Source: Anaeramoeba ignava BMAN (lineage: Eukaryota; Protista; Anaeramoebae). Taken from it: a DNA stretch of 64,000 nt. Of this stretch, positions 10,459 to 24,180 are shown one piece after another; position 1 is the first letter of the stretch; each line of letters opens with the position of its first letter. Position numbers and translations under genes: made by a program. The notes beneath the pieces were generated by a model. The model was given only the letters and a program-made list of their open reading frames with translations. It ran no database searches and was not told the DNA's origin. The stretch covers positions 806,001 to 870,000 of the forward strand of contig JAPDFW010000136.1 of assembly GCA_028826165.1 (NCBI GenBank), written 5' to 3'.

Positions 10459-13400
10459 ATGGAAAAATTTGCAGAAAAAACAACCATTTTACTTGAACAT
10501 CAGGAAGGAATTCTTGCTCAAATTTACAATCTCAAACAAAAAGTTAATTTCATCTTTTAAAAATAACGTTTTTTTTTTTTACTAATTATTAATTCTTATT
10601 TAAAATAAATTTAATCTAAATTAAATTAAATTAAATTTTTTTTTTCTTTTTGATTTAGTTTGATGACCCAAATCAAATGGGAAGTATTTGGAATGATGAG
10701 AAACTTAATAAAACATTGAACAATTCTTACAAAAAATTTGGAGAAACACAAACAAATGAAAAAATTTTAATTGTAAATTTTTAAATAAATTTTGCCATTT
10801 AAAAAAAAAAAAAGCAAAAAAGAATTTTAAATTGGAATTTTAAATTGAAATTTTAAATTGAAAAAAAGAAATCCCGATTTGATCTTTTAAGGAAAGAAAG
10901 CAAAAAAGTTTTTAAACAAATGGAAAAACCGTTTTTCATTTTGAAAAATTCAATCACAATTTCTCAACAAGTTTTAACGTTTTTAGATTCACTTGTTGCT
11001 GGTTTATGTTGTTTTTCTGTAAAACAATTTCTTTTTCAATTAAAAATTTAATTTAATTTAATTTAATTTAATTTAATTTAATTTAATTTAATTTAATAAA
11101 AAAAAATTTTTTTTTGATAGTTTGATTTGAATCCAAAAATCACAGAATCCTTTATGAATCTGTTTGTTAATTATATCCGCATTCATTTACTACTTTCACA
11201 ATTTGAATCACGCAAAAAAGTTGTTCTTCTTTATAATATAACTTACAAAATGGAAAATAAAAAATTTTCACCTGATTTTATGGAAGTTGCAAAATTTGTT
11301 GCTTCAGTTGATTCATCAGAAAAAAAACTAATGACTGATCTAAATCATTTTTGGGAAACAATCACTTCAATAATTGAACCATTATTTTTCACTTTATCAA
11401 CGGGTTTAAATACTGAAGTAATTGGAATATTTTGATTCAAAAAAAAAACAAAAACAAACAGTTTTTTCTTTTTGAAAATTCAAAATTCAAAATTCAAAAT
11501 TTTAATCAAAAAGACAATTCGCAAAAAAGGGATGCTATCAATAAGCTTGAAGGAAACAATGCTTGCATATCCGGTTCAAGAGCCAGAATTTTATTATCTG
11601 AAGAATTTCCAGAAAGTAATTGAATGGGTTGTTTATGGAATTGTGTTTTGTCCTCAAACATTCCAGAAAGATATCATGGTTCAAACTGCTGAATTGGTTC
11701 TTTCCAATTTATATGTGATTCCTGTTTATCGAGATGTTGTTTTTTATCCGCACCAACCTTTTGAATCTTTTCTTGGTTCATCACTTTTCAAGAAAATGAA
11801 GCTTTCAAAAAAGAAAAAAGCCATTGCGAATGCTTTGAATAATTGCGTTGGAAATGGACCTGAATCCCATCTCAAGTATCGATTCTTTTTAATCAAGGAG
11901 GTTTCCTCACTTTTTAATTTATTGAAAGCACGACCAGGATTAATTCCACCGAAAATCAATGTAGCGATAAAATTTTATAAAAAAGAAGAACAAAAAGAAG
12001 AAAAAATACTTTATATTTTTTTGACAACTAAAAAAAGCAATTTTCTTTCTTCAAATTATTTACATTTTAGATTGTTTATGCTGCTTTGGGTTTATGTTAT
12101 TATGAAATTATGTGGTATTTGCATCATCATAAACGTCTTCCACCAAAAACTAAAGCAAAATTATCAGCAAATGATTTTAAACATTCAAATTTTATTCATT
12201 TAATTCAAATTTATTCAGAATTTCTAAATTTGGTTTTAAAATATCGATCAAGTAAAATTTGAAATTCAATTCAATTCAAAAAAAAAAAAAAAGCAAAATG
12301 AAAAAAATATAATTTTTCTTTTTGAAATTGCATTAGTTATCAGGAAATATTATATAATGAATATGCATAAAAATGATTTATCTCGATTGGATGATTTCAA
12401 CCAAAAATTTTTCCAAAAATCATCGACACTTTCACACAAAATTGTTGAATTCAACTTGAAACATCTCAAAAATATTTCATCCAATGATTTCGAGAAAGAA
12501 ATTGATTTATCCGCCATTTTATTGAATTGGTTCCGATGCGAATGCGAGCTCTCGACGCGTACTCTTTCAGAACCCGGGTTAATGATTAGCAAAAATGGTG
12601 ATTTTGCGAAATCAATGATCAAAAACGTGAATAATATCAAGTTGATTTCGGAAGTGGAAAATGATTTGGATAATCTTTTTGGATTGCAACATTTATTTGC
12701 ATACATCAACGATCTTTATGCCATTTACAAGGAAGGAATCACGCATTTCCGCTTCAATCAAGAATTCATTGTTTCTTTTATTTCTATTATTCTTAAAGCT
12801 CATAAATTACCTCATCCTTTTTTTTCGGATGAAAAGAAGAAAATTGGACGAATTTCAACAAAATTCGCAGAAAATTTCTTAACATTTACTTCTTCAAGAA
12901 TTGTGGAACTTATTCGTTCTATCGGAACTGATAAAAAGGGGTTTAGTTTCCTTAACGATCAAATGCGGCCAGTTGTTGTTGCTCAGAATCTTTTAAATTC
13001 CCAAAAAGCGGAGCAAAAAGGGTTGCGTTACCAAGTGTTTATTCCCGGAACAGAGTCGCTTTTCAAAGAATACAAGAATGTCCAGGATCTTGATCAATGG
13101 GAAATTCAACTTCACAGACTCTGTTTTGCTATCGATTCTTTGCCTCATTTCGTCATCTATGATACCCAATTTATTCCCACATCAGTATCATTTTTTATCA
13201 TCTCTGTCTTTCTTTTCTTTTCTTTCATCTTCTTTTTCTCTTTGTTTTACTTTGTCTTAGTTTGTTGCTTCTGCTTTCGAAAAAGTTCTGCATGAGCATA
13301 TCCAAAAATGTCTATTTACCGATACTGAGCCAAAATTTGTTCAACGTCCAACTATATTTTTCAATCAAATTACCAATTTTATCAGCGCAATGAAGATTTC

Positions 13401-15438
13401 AGAAGATACACGTAAGTTTTTTTTATTGTGTTTACAATATTTATCATTTTTTAATAATCCATATTTTTTCATTGACATTTTGTTCCACTTTTTTTTTATA
13501 AAATAAAAACAAAAACAAAAATAAAAATAAAAACAAAATTCAGTTAAATTAAATGTTACAAAAATTATTCAGTCAACATTTTTATCTCAAGTTTATGGAA
13601 AATCACCAGGTCCACAAGCACAACTTCTTGCCTTGCAAAATCCACAAAAAATTGAAGGAACTGTTTTATCAGCTTATGTTGAATTTTTCAAGAATTTTGT
13701 TGAAAATTATATTTCAACTGGATGTTCTCATTCTGAAATTAACCGAAATTTTACTTCAAAACCAACAACACCTTTTCGCGCGGATTTCTATTTCGATTTA
13801 CCCGAATTAACTGCGCTATCAAACTTTTTAGGGCCTTATGGAATTATGATAATTGATAATACTTTATTAACAACAATTATCAGATTATTTTTCGAAATTA
13901 AAGTATTTTTTTTCTTTAAAACAAAAAAATCAAAATCAAAATCAAAATCAAAATCAAATAATAAAATTATTTTTTTTTTGATTAGGATATTATTCTTCAA
14001 AATGAGAATGTTTTATTAGATTTTGAAAAATGTTATTGGAGACCTGAAAAAACTCCTGAAATTTTTAAGAAATTTCTACAACTTGATAAATTAATTAATT
14101 TTTCAATTCATATTGGGACAATTCTTAAATTACGAGGAATGCTTTATGATTCACTTGAAGAGTCTATGAAAGGCAATGCGAGTTTAATTTATGAGAATGT
14201 CAACATTTCTTTTAAACAAGTACAAAATCATTTTAGAATTATTTTAAAATGAAATTAAAATTCATTTATAATTTAGAATTATTTTAAAATGAAATTAAAA
14301 TTCATTTATAAAATTTAAATTTAAATTCATTTATAAAATTAAAATTAATATTAAAATTAATATTAAAATTAAAATTAAAATTAAAATTCATTTATAAAAT
14401 TTAAATTAAAATCAAAATTAAAATCAAAATTAAAATCAAAATTAAAATTCATTTATAAAATTAAAATTAAAATTCATTTTATTAAAATTTAAAATTCATT
14501 TATAATTTAAAATTCATTTATAAAATTTAAATTAAAATTAAAATTAATATTAAAATTAAAATTAAAATTAAAATTAAAATTAAAATTCATTTATAAAATT
14601 TAAATCAAATTCATTTATAAAATTTAAAATTAAAATTAAAATCAAAATTCATTTATAAAATTTAAATTAAAATTAAAATTCATTTATAAAATTAAAATTC
14701 ATTTATAAAATTTAAATTTAAAAAAAGTATCCAAGAAATCGATTTGGAGAAGAACAATTCCTTGATATGGATTCACTTGCGAACTCAACAGGAATTGCAC
14801 GAAAAGCACGAGTAGATCATCCATTTTCAACCGCACTTCGGTCTAAATTAAGGAAAACTAACATGAATGCGATGTGGGAATATTTACCACATTTATACGC
14901 AGCAAGTTTTGTATCACCGATTTGGATGGATATGAAGTACATTCCCGATGTTGAAGGCCATTTAAACAACGCACATTGCATTGTTGATTGTTTCCAAAAA
15001 GCGTTTGATATTCCAATTATTCTTTCTGAAGATCGCGACTTCGTTTTCCAACAAGGAGAGCAACATTTGGCTAAATTTCATAATAAATTCATCGAAATTT
15101 CTTCTTTTGTTTTGTTCCAACTTTCAAATCAACCTGAAAAAAAAATGCCTCCAATTTCTTCTATGTTTATTATTCTTGATAAGTTCGTTTATTCTTCTCC
15201 TTATACTAAAAGAGAAAATTTGGAACAATTTATGCCTTATATGTTGGTTCGTAATTTTTATGCTCAATGCTTTAGAGAAACTGAAAAAGAAGTCGAAGAT
15301 GTTATTAAATCTGATGGTGTTGATTCAAAACCTTCTGATTCTAATGAACAAGAAAAACAACAAGAACAAAAAAATCAAAATCAAAATCAAAATCAAAATC
15401 AAAATCAAATTGAAAATGAAAATCAAAAATCAAATTGA
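10459..15438 (+). CDS. NCKAP1: Nck-associated protein 1 (NAP1/NCKAP1/Hem), SCAR/WAVE regulatory complex subunit; multi-exon
   Basis: N-terminal MEKFAEKTTILLEHQEGILAQIYNLKQ (cf. [25 protein letters not shown]), plus LLLSQFESRKKVVLLYN, IPGTES, DLPELTALSNFLGPYG, EGHLNNAHC and LEQFMPYMLVRNFY. Exons are separated by GT-AG introns. Confidence 0.88.
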
Positions 15439-15439
15439 A

Positions 15440-16137
15440 AATCTAATTCAAAATTTCAAAATTTCAAAATTTCAATTTCAATTTCAATTTCAAAAAATTC
15501 AAAAATTTATTTGAAAAATCAATTTCAATTTCAATTTCTAAATCAATTTCAATTTCTATTTCAATTTCAAATTCAAATTCAATTTCAATTTCAATTTCAA
15601 TTTCTAAATCAATTTCAATTTCTAATTTCAATTTCTATTTCTATTTCAATTTCTAAATCAATTTCAATTTCAATTTCAATTTCTAAATCAATTTCAATTT
15701 CAATTTCAAATTCAATTTCTAATTCAATTTCAAATTCAATTTCTATTTCTATTTCTAAATCAATTTCAAATTCAATTTCTATTTCTATTTCTAAATCAAT
15801 TTCAAATTCAATTTCAAATTCAATTTCTAATTCAATTTCAATTTCAATTTCTAAATCAATTTCAATTTCAATTCCAATTTCAATTTCTATTTCAATTTCA
15901 ATTTCAATTTCAATTTCAATTTCAAATTCAATTTCAATTTCTATTTCTATTTCTAAATCAATTTCAATTTCTAATTCAATTTCAAATTCTAAATCAATTT
16001 CAATTTCTAATTTCAATTTCTATTTCAATTTCTATTTCTATTTCTAAATCAATTTCAATTTCAATTTCAATTTCTATTTCTATTTCTATTTCAATTTCTA
16101 TTTCAATTTCTAAATCAATTTCAATTTCAATTTCAAT
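15440..16137. repeat. Intergenic (ATTTCA/ATTTCT)n microsatellite
   Basis: About 700 bp degenerate hexamer array; the ISISIS and EIEIEI ORFs here are repeat artefacts. Confidence 0.9.
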
Positions 16138-16270
16138 TTTTTCTTTTTTTATTTTCACAATTTTTTGTTCCACTTTTTTGTTTTTCTTCTTTTTTCTTTA
16201 AAACAAAAATTCAAACAAAATTTATTTTTATTTTTTTTATTTTTTTTCTTTTCATTTTTTTCTTCTCATT

Positions 16271-17048
16271 ATGAATTTTTTACTTTCTTTATTTAAAACT
16301 AAAAAACAACCAGAAATTAAAGAAGAGAAATCAGTTGAAGAAGCAGTATTTTCAACTAAAAAATTTATTTGAAAAAAAAAACAAAACAACAATTTTTAAC
16401 AGAAAGTTTATTTTATTTATTTTATTTATTTATTATTTTTTTTTACTGTAAATTTAGCTTTTAGAAAAAAAAATATCAGAAGCAAATGAATTAATAAAAC
16501 AACTTGAAACAGAATTAGAAAAAATATTTGATTCACAAAAAAAGGAAGAAAATAACAAAGAAAATAAAGAAAACGAACCAAAAAAAAGAATTCCCCAAAT
16601 TAATCAAATTACTCAAATTCATCAAATTAATCAAATTCATCAAATTAATAAAATTAATAAAATTAATAAAATTGGTCAAATTAATACAATTAATCAAATT
16701 GATTTGTCACAATTCTCAAATAAATCAAAATTTTTTAGACCAAATAATTTAAAAATACAAAAAAATCCATTTGCAGAAGAACTTGATTCACCAGTTCAAG
16801 TTGAAGAACCAATTATTAAATTTAATCAATTAAATGGATTTAAAATGGATGATTCTGAAAAAGGAAAATTAGTTATTTCTCAAAGTGTTTCTAATCAAAA
16901 TATAACTGATTGGATTAAAAATGATTTAGAATTTGAAAATGAAAATGAAAATGAAAATATAAATATAAATGAAAAATCACATGATTTATTAAAAGAATTA
17001 TCTATTGAATTTATTACACAAAATGCAAAACAATTAACAAAAATTTAA
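16271..17048 (+). CDS. Hypothetical protein, two exons (intron about 16347-16457), coiled-coil with a QIN/QIH/KIN tripeptide repeat
   Basis: ATG at 16271 after a TCATTTTT motif (MNFFTSLFKTKKQPEIKEEKSVEEA). A GT...TAG intron precedes an exon that reads open into ORF 16704-17048. Confidence 0.55.
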
Positions 17049-17214
17049 ATTAAATTAAAAAATGAGTTATTTTTAAAACAAAATGAGTAATTTTTATTTT
17101 TTATTATTTTTAAAATAAAAAAGAAAAAAAATTTTTTTTTTAATTTTTTTTTTTTTAATTTTTTTATTTTTTTTCATTTTTTTCATTTCCATTTTTCTTA
17201 AAATAAATATTCTA

Positions 17215-19629
17215 ATGTCAGATTCACAACAAAGACCAAGAAGTGGTTTTGCAAATCAAAGAAGACGAAGATTTCAAAAAAAGTACATTTCATATTAAAA
17301 TTACCAACAAATTTATCAACCAAATTCAAATTCATTTATAAAATTAAATTAAAATTCATTTATAAAATTAAAATTCATTTATAAAATTAAATTAAAATTA
17401 AAATTAAAATTAAAATTAATATTAAAATTAAAATTAAATATAAAATTAAAATTAAATTAAAATTAAAATTAAAATTAAAATTAAAATTTAAATTAAAATT
17501 AAAATTAAATTAAAATTAAAATTAAAATTAAAATTTAAATTAAAATTAAAATTCATTTATAAAATTAAAATTTAAATTTAAATTAAAATTAAAATTAAAA
17601 TTAAAATTAAATTAAATTAATATTAAAATTAATATTAAAATTAAAATTAAAAATTAAAATTAAAATTAAATTAAATTTAAAATTTAAAATTAAAATTAAA
17701 AATTAAAATTAAATTTAAAATTTAAATTAAAATTAAAATTAAAATTAAAATTAAAATTAAAATTAAAATTAAAATTTAAATTAAAATTAAAATTAAAATT
17801 AAAATCAAAAATTAAATTAAATTAAAATTAAAATTTAAATTAAAATTAAAATTAAAATTAAAAATTAAAATTAAAATTAAAATTAAAATTAAAATCAAAA
17901 TTAAAATTAAAATTAAAATTAAAATTTAAAATTAAAATTAAAATTAAAATTAAAATTAAAATCTAAAATTAAAATTAAAATTAAAATTAAAATTAAAATT
18001 AAAATTAAAATTAAAATTAAAATTAAAATTAAAATTCATTTATAAAATTAAAATTTAAATTTAAATTAAAATTAAAATTAAAATTAAAATTAAAATTAAA
18101 ATTAAATTAAAATTAATATTAAAATTAAAATTAAAATCAAAATTAAAATTAAAATTAAATTTAAAATTAAAATTAAAATTAAAATTAAAATTAAAATTAA
18201 AATTAAAATTAAAATTAAAATTAAAATTAAAATTAAAATTAAAATTAAAATTAAAATTAATATTAATATTAAAATTAAAATTAATATTAAAATTCAAATT
18301 AAAATTAAATTTAAAATTAAAAATTAAAATCAAAATTAAAATTCATTTATAAAATTAAAATTAAAATCAAAATTAAAATTCATTTATAAAATTAAAATTA
18401 AAATTAAAAATTAATATTAAAATTAAAATTCATTTATAAAATTAATATTAAAATTAAAAATAAAATTAAAAATAAAATTAAAAATAAAATTAATATTAAA
18501 ATTAAAATTCATTTATAAAATTAAAATTCAAATTAAAATTAAAATTAAAATCAAAATTAAAATTAAAATTAAAAATTAAAATTAAAATTAAAATTAAAAT
18601 TAATATTAAAATTAAAATTAAAATTCATTTATAAAATTAATATTAAAAATTAAAATTAAAATTAAAATTAAAATCAAAATTAAAATTGATTTATAAAAAT
18701 AATATTAAAATTAAAATTAAAATTGATTTATAAAATTAAAATTAAAAATTAAAATTAAAATTAAAATTAAAATTCATTTATAAAATTAAAATTCAAATTA
18801 AAATTAAAATTAAAATTAATATTAAAATTAAAATTAAAATTAAAATTAATATTAAAATTCATTTATAAAATTCATTTATAAAATTAAAATTATATAAAAA
18901 TAATTCAGTAGAAGACCCGAAAGAAAAAAGGAAGAATGGATTCCAAAAACAAAATTAGGAAGATTAGTAAAAACCCAACAAATAACAAGCATTGACGAAA
19001 TATACAAATATTCGATACCAATCAAAGAGCATCAAATAGTAGATGAATTTTTTGGGGAGAAATTAAAAGACGAAGTATTAAAAGTACTAGCAGTTCAAAA
19101 GCAGACCAAAGCGGGACAACGAACACGCTTCAAAGCAATAGTAGTTGTAGGAGACAAAGAAAGATATGTTGGACTAGGAATCAAAGTAGCGAAAGAAGTA
19201 GCGATAGCAATCAAGGGCGCCTTAATCAACGCAAAGCTCTCAATTATTCCAGTACGATTGGGGTATTGGGGTAACCGTATCGGAGAACCGCACACCGTAC
19301 CTTGCAAAGTGACAGGCAGATGTGGGTCCGTTGGCGTCAGACTCGTTCCTGCTCCTCGTGGTGCTGGCATCGTCGCTGCTGGTGTCCCTAAAAAACTCCT
19401 TAGTTATGCTGGTGTTTCTGATGTTTATACTTCTTCTGAAGGTTCTACTAAAACTCTCGGTAATTTCGCTCAAGCTACTTTTCATGCTATCGCTAAAACT
19501 TATCATTTTCTTACCCCTGATTTTTGGCCTCAGAAAAAAATTGAAGATGTTCCTTTTAAAAAACATTCGGATTTTCTTTCTAAAAAACAAGATGCTCAAA
19601 CTGAAGATGATTTCAAAAAATTCAAATGA
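17215..19629 (+). CDS. RPS2: 40S ribosomal protein S2 (uS5); exons 17215-17282 and 18909-19629
   Basis: [78 protein letters not shown]. The phase-2 GT-AG splice joins the exons in frame. Confidence 0.97.
17283..18908 (+). repeat. RPS2 intron filled with (TAAAAT)n punctuated by ATTCATTTATAAA
   Basis: About 1.6 kb intron, GTACAT...TTCAG, almost entirely hexamer repeat. Confidence 0.9.
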
Positions 19630-19852
19630 TTTTTTTTCTTTTTTCTTTTTTCTTTTTCCGTTTTTTTTTTCTTTTAATTTTTGCTTCTTTTTTAGATTCT
19701 CATTCAATTCCTAATTTTTTCTTTTTTTCTTCAAAGATTCTTTATCAACTCAATCTTTCAGAATTAATAAACATTTCATAAACACAAATTTATTTTTTTT
19801 CCATTTTAATTTTTTTCATTTTTCATTTTTTTTCTCTTTTCTTATTTAAAAA

Positions 19853-22800
19853 ATGAAAAAATTTTTCGATTTATCAAATCAATTTAAAAAAACTTCTTTT
19901 ATTGGTTTTGATTTAGATCATTGTTTAGTTCCTTATCATATTAAACAACTTTCTCATTCACTTTTTGATATTTCTAAACAAACTTTTGAAAAATTTGAAA
20001 AAATTAAATTACCAAAAGAGGTTTTTTCCAATAAAAACAATTTCAAATTCAAATTATTTATAATAATTATTTTTTTCCAGTTTAAATTTGATTTTAATAC
20101 TTGTGGAAAAGGCAATGTTTTTGATTACAAAAGAGGAAATATTTTAAAGATTGATTCTGAAGCAAAAGTTCTTGTTTGTTTCTCTAAAATTATTATTATT
20201 ATTTTCATTTTGAAAATTAATTTATCAATTATTATTATTTTTATTTTGAAAAGAAAGCAAGACATGGTTCAAATAAGGTTTTATCCTCTCAAGAAATTGA
20301 AAAAGAATATGGATCAAAATCACTTGAAAATTTTACTGTTTTACCAAATTCTAATTATTTTCTTATTCCAACTTTTTTTCATATTGGTTTAGCTATTTGG
20401 CTTGCTAAAATGGTTTTAATTCAATTCAAAATCAAAATTAAAATTAAAATTCAAATCAAATTTAAAATTCAAATCAAAATTCATTTATAAAATCAAAATC
20501 AAATTCAAAATCAAAATCAAAATCAAATTGAAAATCAAATTGAAAATCAAAATTAAATTCAAATTAAAATCAAAATTAAATTCAAATTCAAATTCAAATT
20601 AAATTCAAATTAAATTCAAATTCAAAATTCAAATCAAATTCAAATCAAATTCAAATTCAAAATGAAAACCAAAATCAAAATTCATTTATAAAATCAAAAT
20701 CAAAATAAAGGTGGACTTGATTGATAGTAAATTCTTTTTAAAACCTTTAAGTTATCAAAATCTTTGTGAAATTTCTCTTCATGCAAGAAAATATAATTTT
20801 AGAGATTGGAACACTGGTTTTTTTCATGAAGAAGAAAGAAAAACTCCAGAAAAATTCTTTAGAAAAAATCATAATCATCTTGAATTTCTTGAATTCTTAT
20901 TGAAAAATAATAAAAAGTTATTTTTAATAACAGATAGTATTCCACAACATTGTAACTTCTTAATGACAGGTATTTATTATTTAATATTTAATATTTAATA
21001 TTTAATATTTAATATTTATTATTTATTATTTATTATTTAATATTTAATATTTAATATTTATTATTTAATATTTAATATTTAATATTTATTATTTAATATT
21101 TAATATTTAATATTTAATATTTATTATTTAATATTTAATATTCAATATTTATTATTTAATATTTATTATTTATTTAATTTTATTATTTAATATTCATTTA
21201 TTTATTATTTAATTATTTAATATTTAATATTTATTTATTTAATATTTAATATTTATTATTTATTTATTTAATATTTATTTTATTTAATATTTAATATTTA
21301 TTATTTATTATTCAATATTTATTATTCAATATTTAATATTTAATATTTATTATTTATTATTTAATATTTAATATTTATTATTTATTTATTTAATATTTAT
21401 TATTTTAATATTTAATATTTAATTATTTTTTATTCAATATTTAATATTCATTTATTATTTATTATTTAATATTTATTTATTTATTATTTAATATTTAATA
21501 TTTTATTATTTATTATTTAATATTTAATATTTAATATTTATTTATTTAATATTTATTATTTATTATTTAATATTTAATACTTAATATTTATTATTTAATA
21601 TTTAATATTTATTATTTAATATTTATTATTTAATATTTTAGTATTTAATATTTAATATTTAATATTTAATATTCATTATTTAATATTTATTATTTAATAT
21701 TTATTTAATATTTAATATTTAATATTTAATATTTTAATATTTAATATTTAATATTTTTATTTTATTATTTATTATTTATTATTTATTTATTTATTATTTA
21801 ATTATTTACATTTATTATTTTAATTTTTAATATTTATTGTTTTTAATATTTATTATTTAATTATTTTATTTTAATATTTAATGTTTTTATTCAATATTTA
21901 ATATTTTAATATTTATTATTTAATATTTAATATTTAATATTTATTATTTAATATTTAATATTTAATATTTAATATTTATTATTTAATATTTATTATTTAA
22001 TATTTATTATTTAATATTTAGTATTTAATATTTAATATTCAATTTTAATATTTATTATTTAATATTTATTATTTAATATTTATTTAATATTTAATATTTA
22101 ATATTTTTATTATTTAATATTTAATATTTTATTTATTATTTATTATTTATTATTTTTATTATTTTAATATAATATATTTAATATTCAATATTTATTATTT
22201 AATATTTATTATTTAATTTTTAATATTTAATTTTTAATATTTATTATTTATTATTTATTATTTATTATTTAATATTTAATATTTAATATTTAATATTTAA
22301 TATTTATTATTTAATATTTAATATTTAATATTTATTATTTAATATTTATTATTTAATATTTATTATTTAATATTTAATATTTATTATTTAATATTTAATT
22401 TTTAGAAATTTATGGAAAAGATTGGAAAAATTTTTTCGAATTTATTGTTTATAGTGCTCAAAAACCAAAATTCTTTTTTTCTAATACTCCTTTTGAATGT
22501 ATTTCTTTAGTTGAATTTCTTATTATTTAAATTTTAAATTTGAATTATAAATTTAAATTTTATAAAGCTATTTCAAGTTCTTCAAACAAAGAATTCATTA
22601 TGGGAAATTTTCGTGATTTAGAAACATCTTTAATGAAAAAATTCCCAAAAGAATCCAAAGATTTTATTTTTTTCGGAGATGATTTGATTTCGGATATTAC
22701 ATTTTGTAAAAAGTAAAATTTATTTTTTAAATTGAATGAAATATTAAATATTAAATATTGAATATTGGATTAAATATTGGATTAAATATTGAATTAAATA

Positions 22801-23986
22801 TTTATTTAAATATTTATTTAAATATTGGATTAAATATTGAATTAAATATTTATTTAAATATTTATTTAAATATTGAATTAAATATTGATTTAAATATTGA
22901 ATTAAATATTGATTTAAATATTGATTTAAATATTGATTTAATTATTAATTTAATTATTAATTTAAATATTGAATTAAATATTGGATTAAATATTGGATTA
23001 AATATTGATTTAAATATTAGATTAAATATTGAATTAAATATTGGATTAAATATTGGATTAAATATTGGATTAAATATTGAATATTGGATATTGGATTAAA
23101 TGATTAAATATTGATTTAAATATTGGATTAAATATTGATTTAAATATTGGATTAAATATTGATTTAAATATTGATTTAAATATTGGATTAAATATTGGAT
23201 TAAATATTGGATTAAATATATTGATTTTAAATATTGATTTAAATATTGGGAAAATTGGATTAAATATATTGATTTTAAATACCAAAATATTGATTTTAAA
23301 TATTGAATTAAATATTGATTTTAAATATTGAATTAAATATTGATTTAAATATTGATTTAAATATTAAATATTGATTTAAATTTTAAATATTGATTTTATT
23401 GAATTAAAATATTGATTTTAAATATTGGATTAAATAAATTTTAAATATTAATAAATATTGATTTAAATATTGATTTTAAATATTGAATTAAATATTGAAT
23501 AATTAAATATTTTAAAAATAAAATTAAATATTTTAAATATTAATTTAAATATTGGATTAAATATTGATTTAAATACAAAATATTAATTTAAATATTGATT
23601 TAAATATTGGATTAAATATTGATTTAAATATTGGATTAAATATTGGATTAAATATTTATTTAAATATTGATTTAAATATTGATTTAAATATTGGATTAAA
23701 TATTGATTTAAATATTGATTAAATATTGATTTAAATATTGGATTAAATATTGGATTAAATATTGAATATTGAATATTTTAGGCACACTTCTTGGAAAACT
23801 GTTGCTATTGTTGAAGAATTAAATGAAAATTTTCAATATAATGGAGATGAATTTTGGGAAGGAAGTTTTCTTAGAAAAGCAAAATCTTTAAAACCAACTT
23901 TTTGGGAAAATTTAATAAATCGTTATTCTGATTATGCTTTTCCAAGTTTAGAAGAATTTTACAAAAATATTAAAAATTCAAATTAG
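19853..23986 (+). CDS. HAD-superfamily 5'-nucleotidase domain-containing protein (NT5DC1-like); multi-exon
   Basis: HAD motif I IGFDLDHCLVPY, motif II LFLITDS, YGKDWKNFFEFIVYSAQKPKFF, motif IV FFGDDLISDI, WKTVAIVEEL, YSDYAFPSLE. Confidence 0.85.
20971..22405. repeat. Intronic (TATTTAA/TATTTAT)n array
   Basis: About 1.4 kb heptamer repeat between GTATTT and TTTAG in the NT5DC-like gene. Confidence 0.9.
22712..23781. repeat. Intronic (TTAAATATTGAT/GGA)n 12-mer array
   Basis: About 1 kb array in the last NT5DC-like intron; its unit is the reverse complement of the 54-56 kb intergenic array unit. Confidence 0.9.
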
Positions 23987-24180
23987 ATTTTACAATTAAA
24001 TTTTACAATTAAATTTTACAATTAAATTTTACAATTAAATTTTACAACCGTTAATAAAACTTTTTTTTTTTCATTTTTTAATTATAACGGTTTTTTTTTT
24101 TTAAAAATAATTTCCGATTTTCAAAATAAAAAAACAATTTTTTCTTTTTATTTTCTTTTTATTTTCTTTTTATTTTTTAA

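Noticed and set aside
12340-13300. GC-richer stretch in NCKAP1 as a second intein or insertion
   Set aside because: No C...HN/C-S-T boundaries, and the sequence stays collinear with NCKAP1 motifs.
19095-19714. Overlapping and antisense ORFs on RPS2
   Set aside because: Shadow ORFs of a GC-richer conserved exon.
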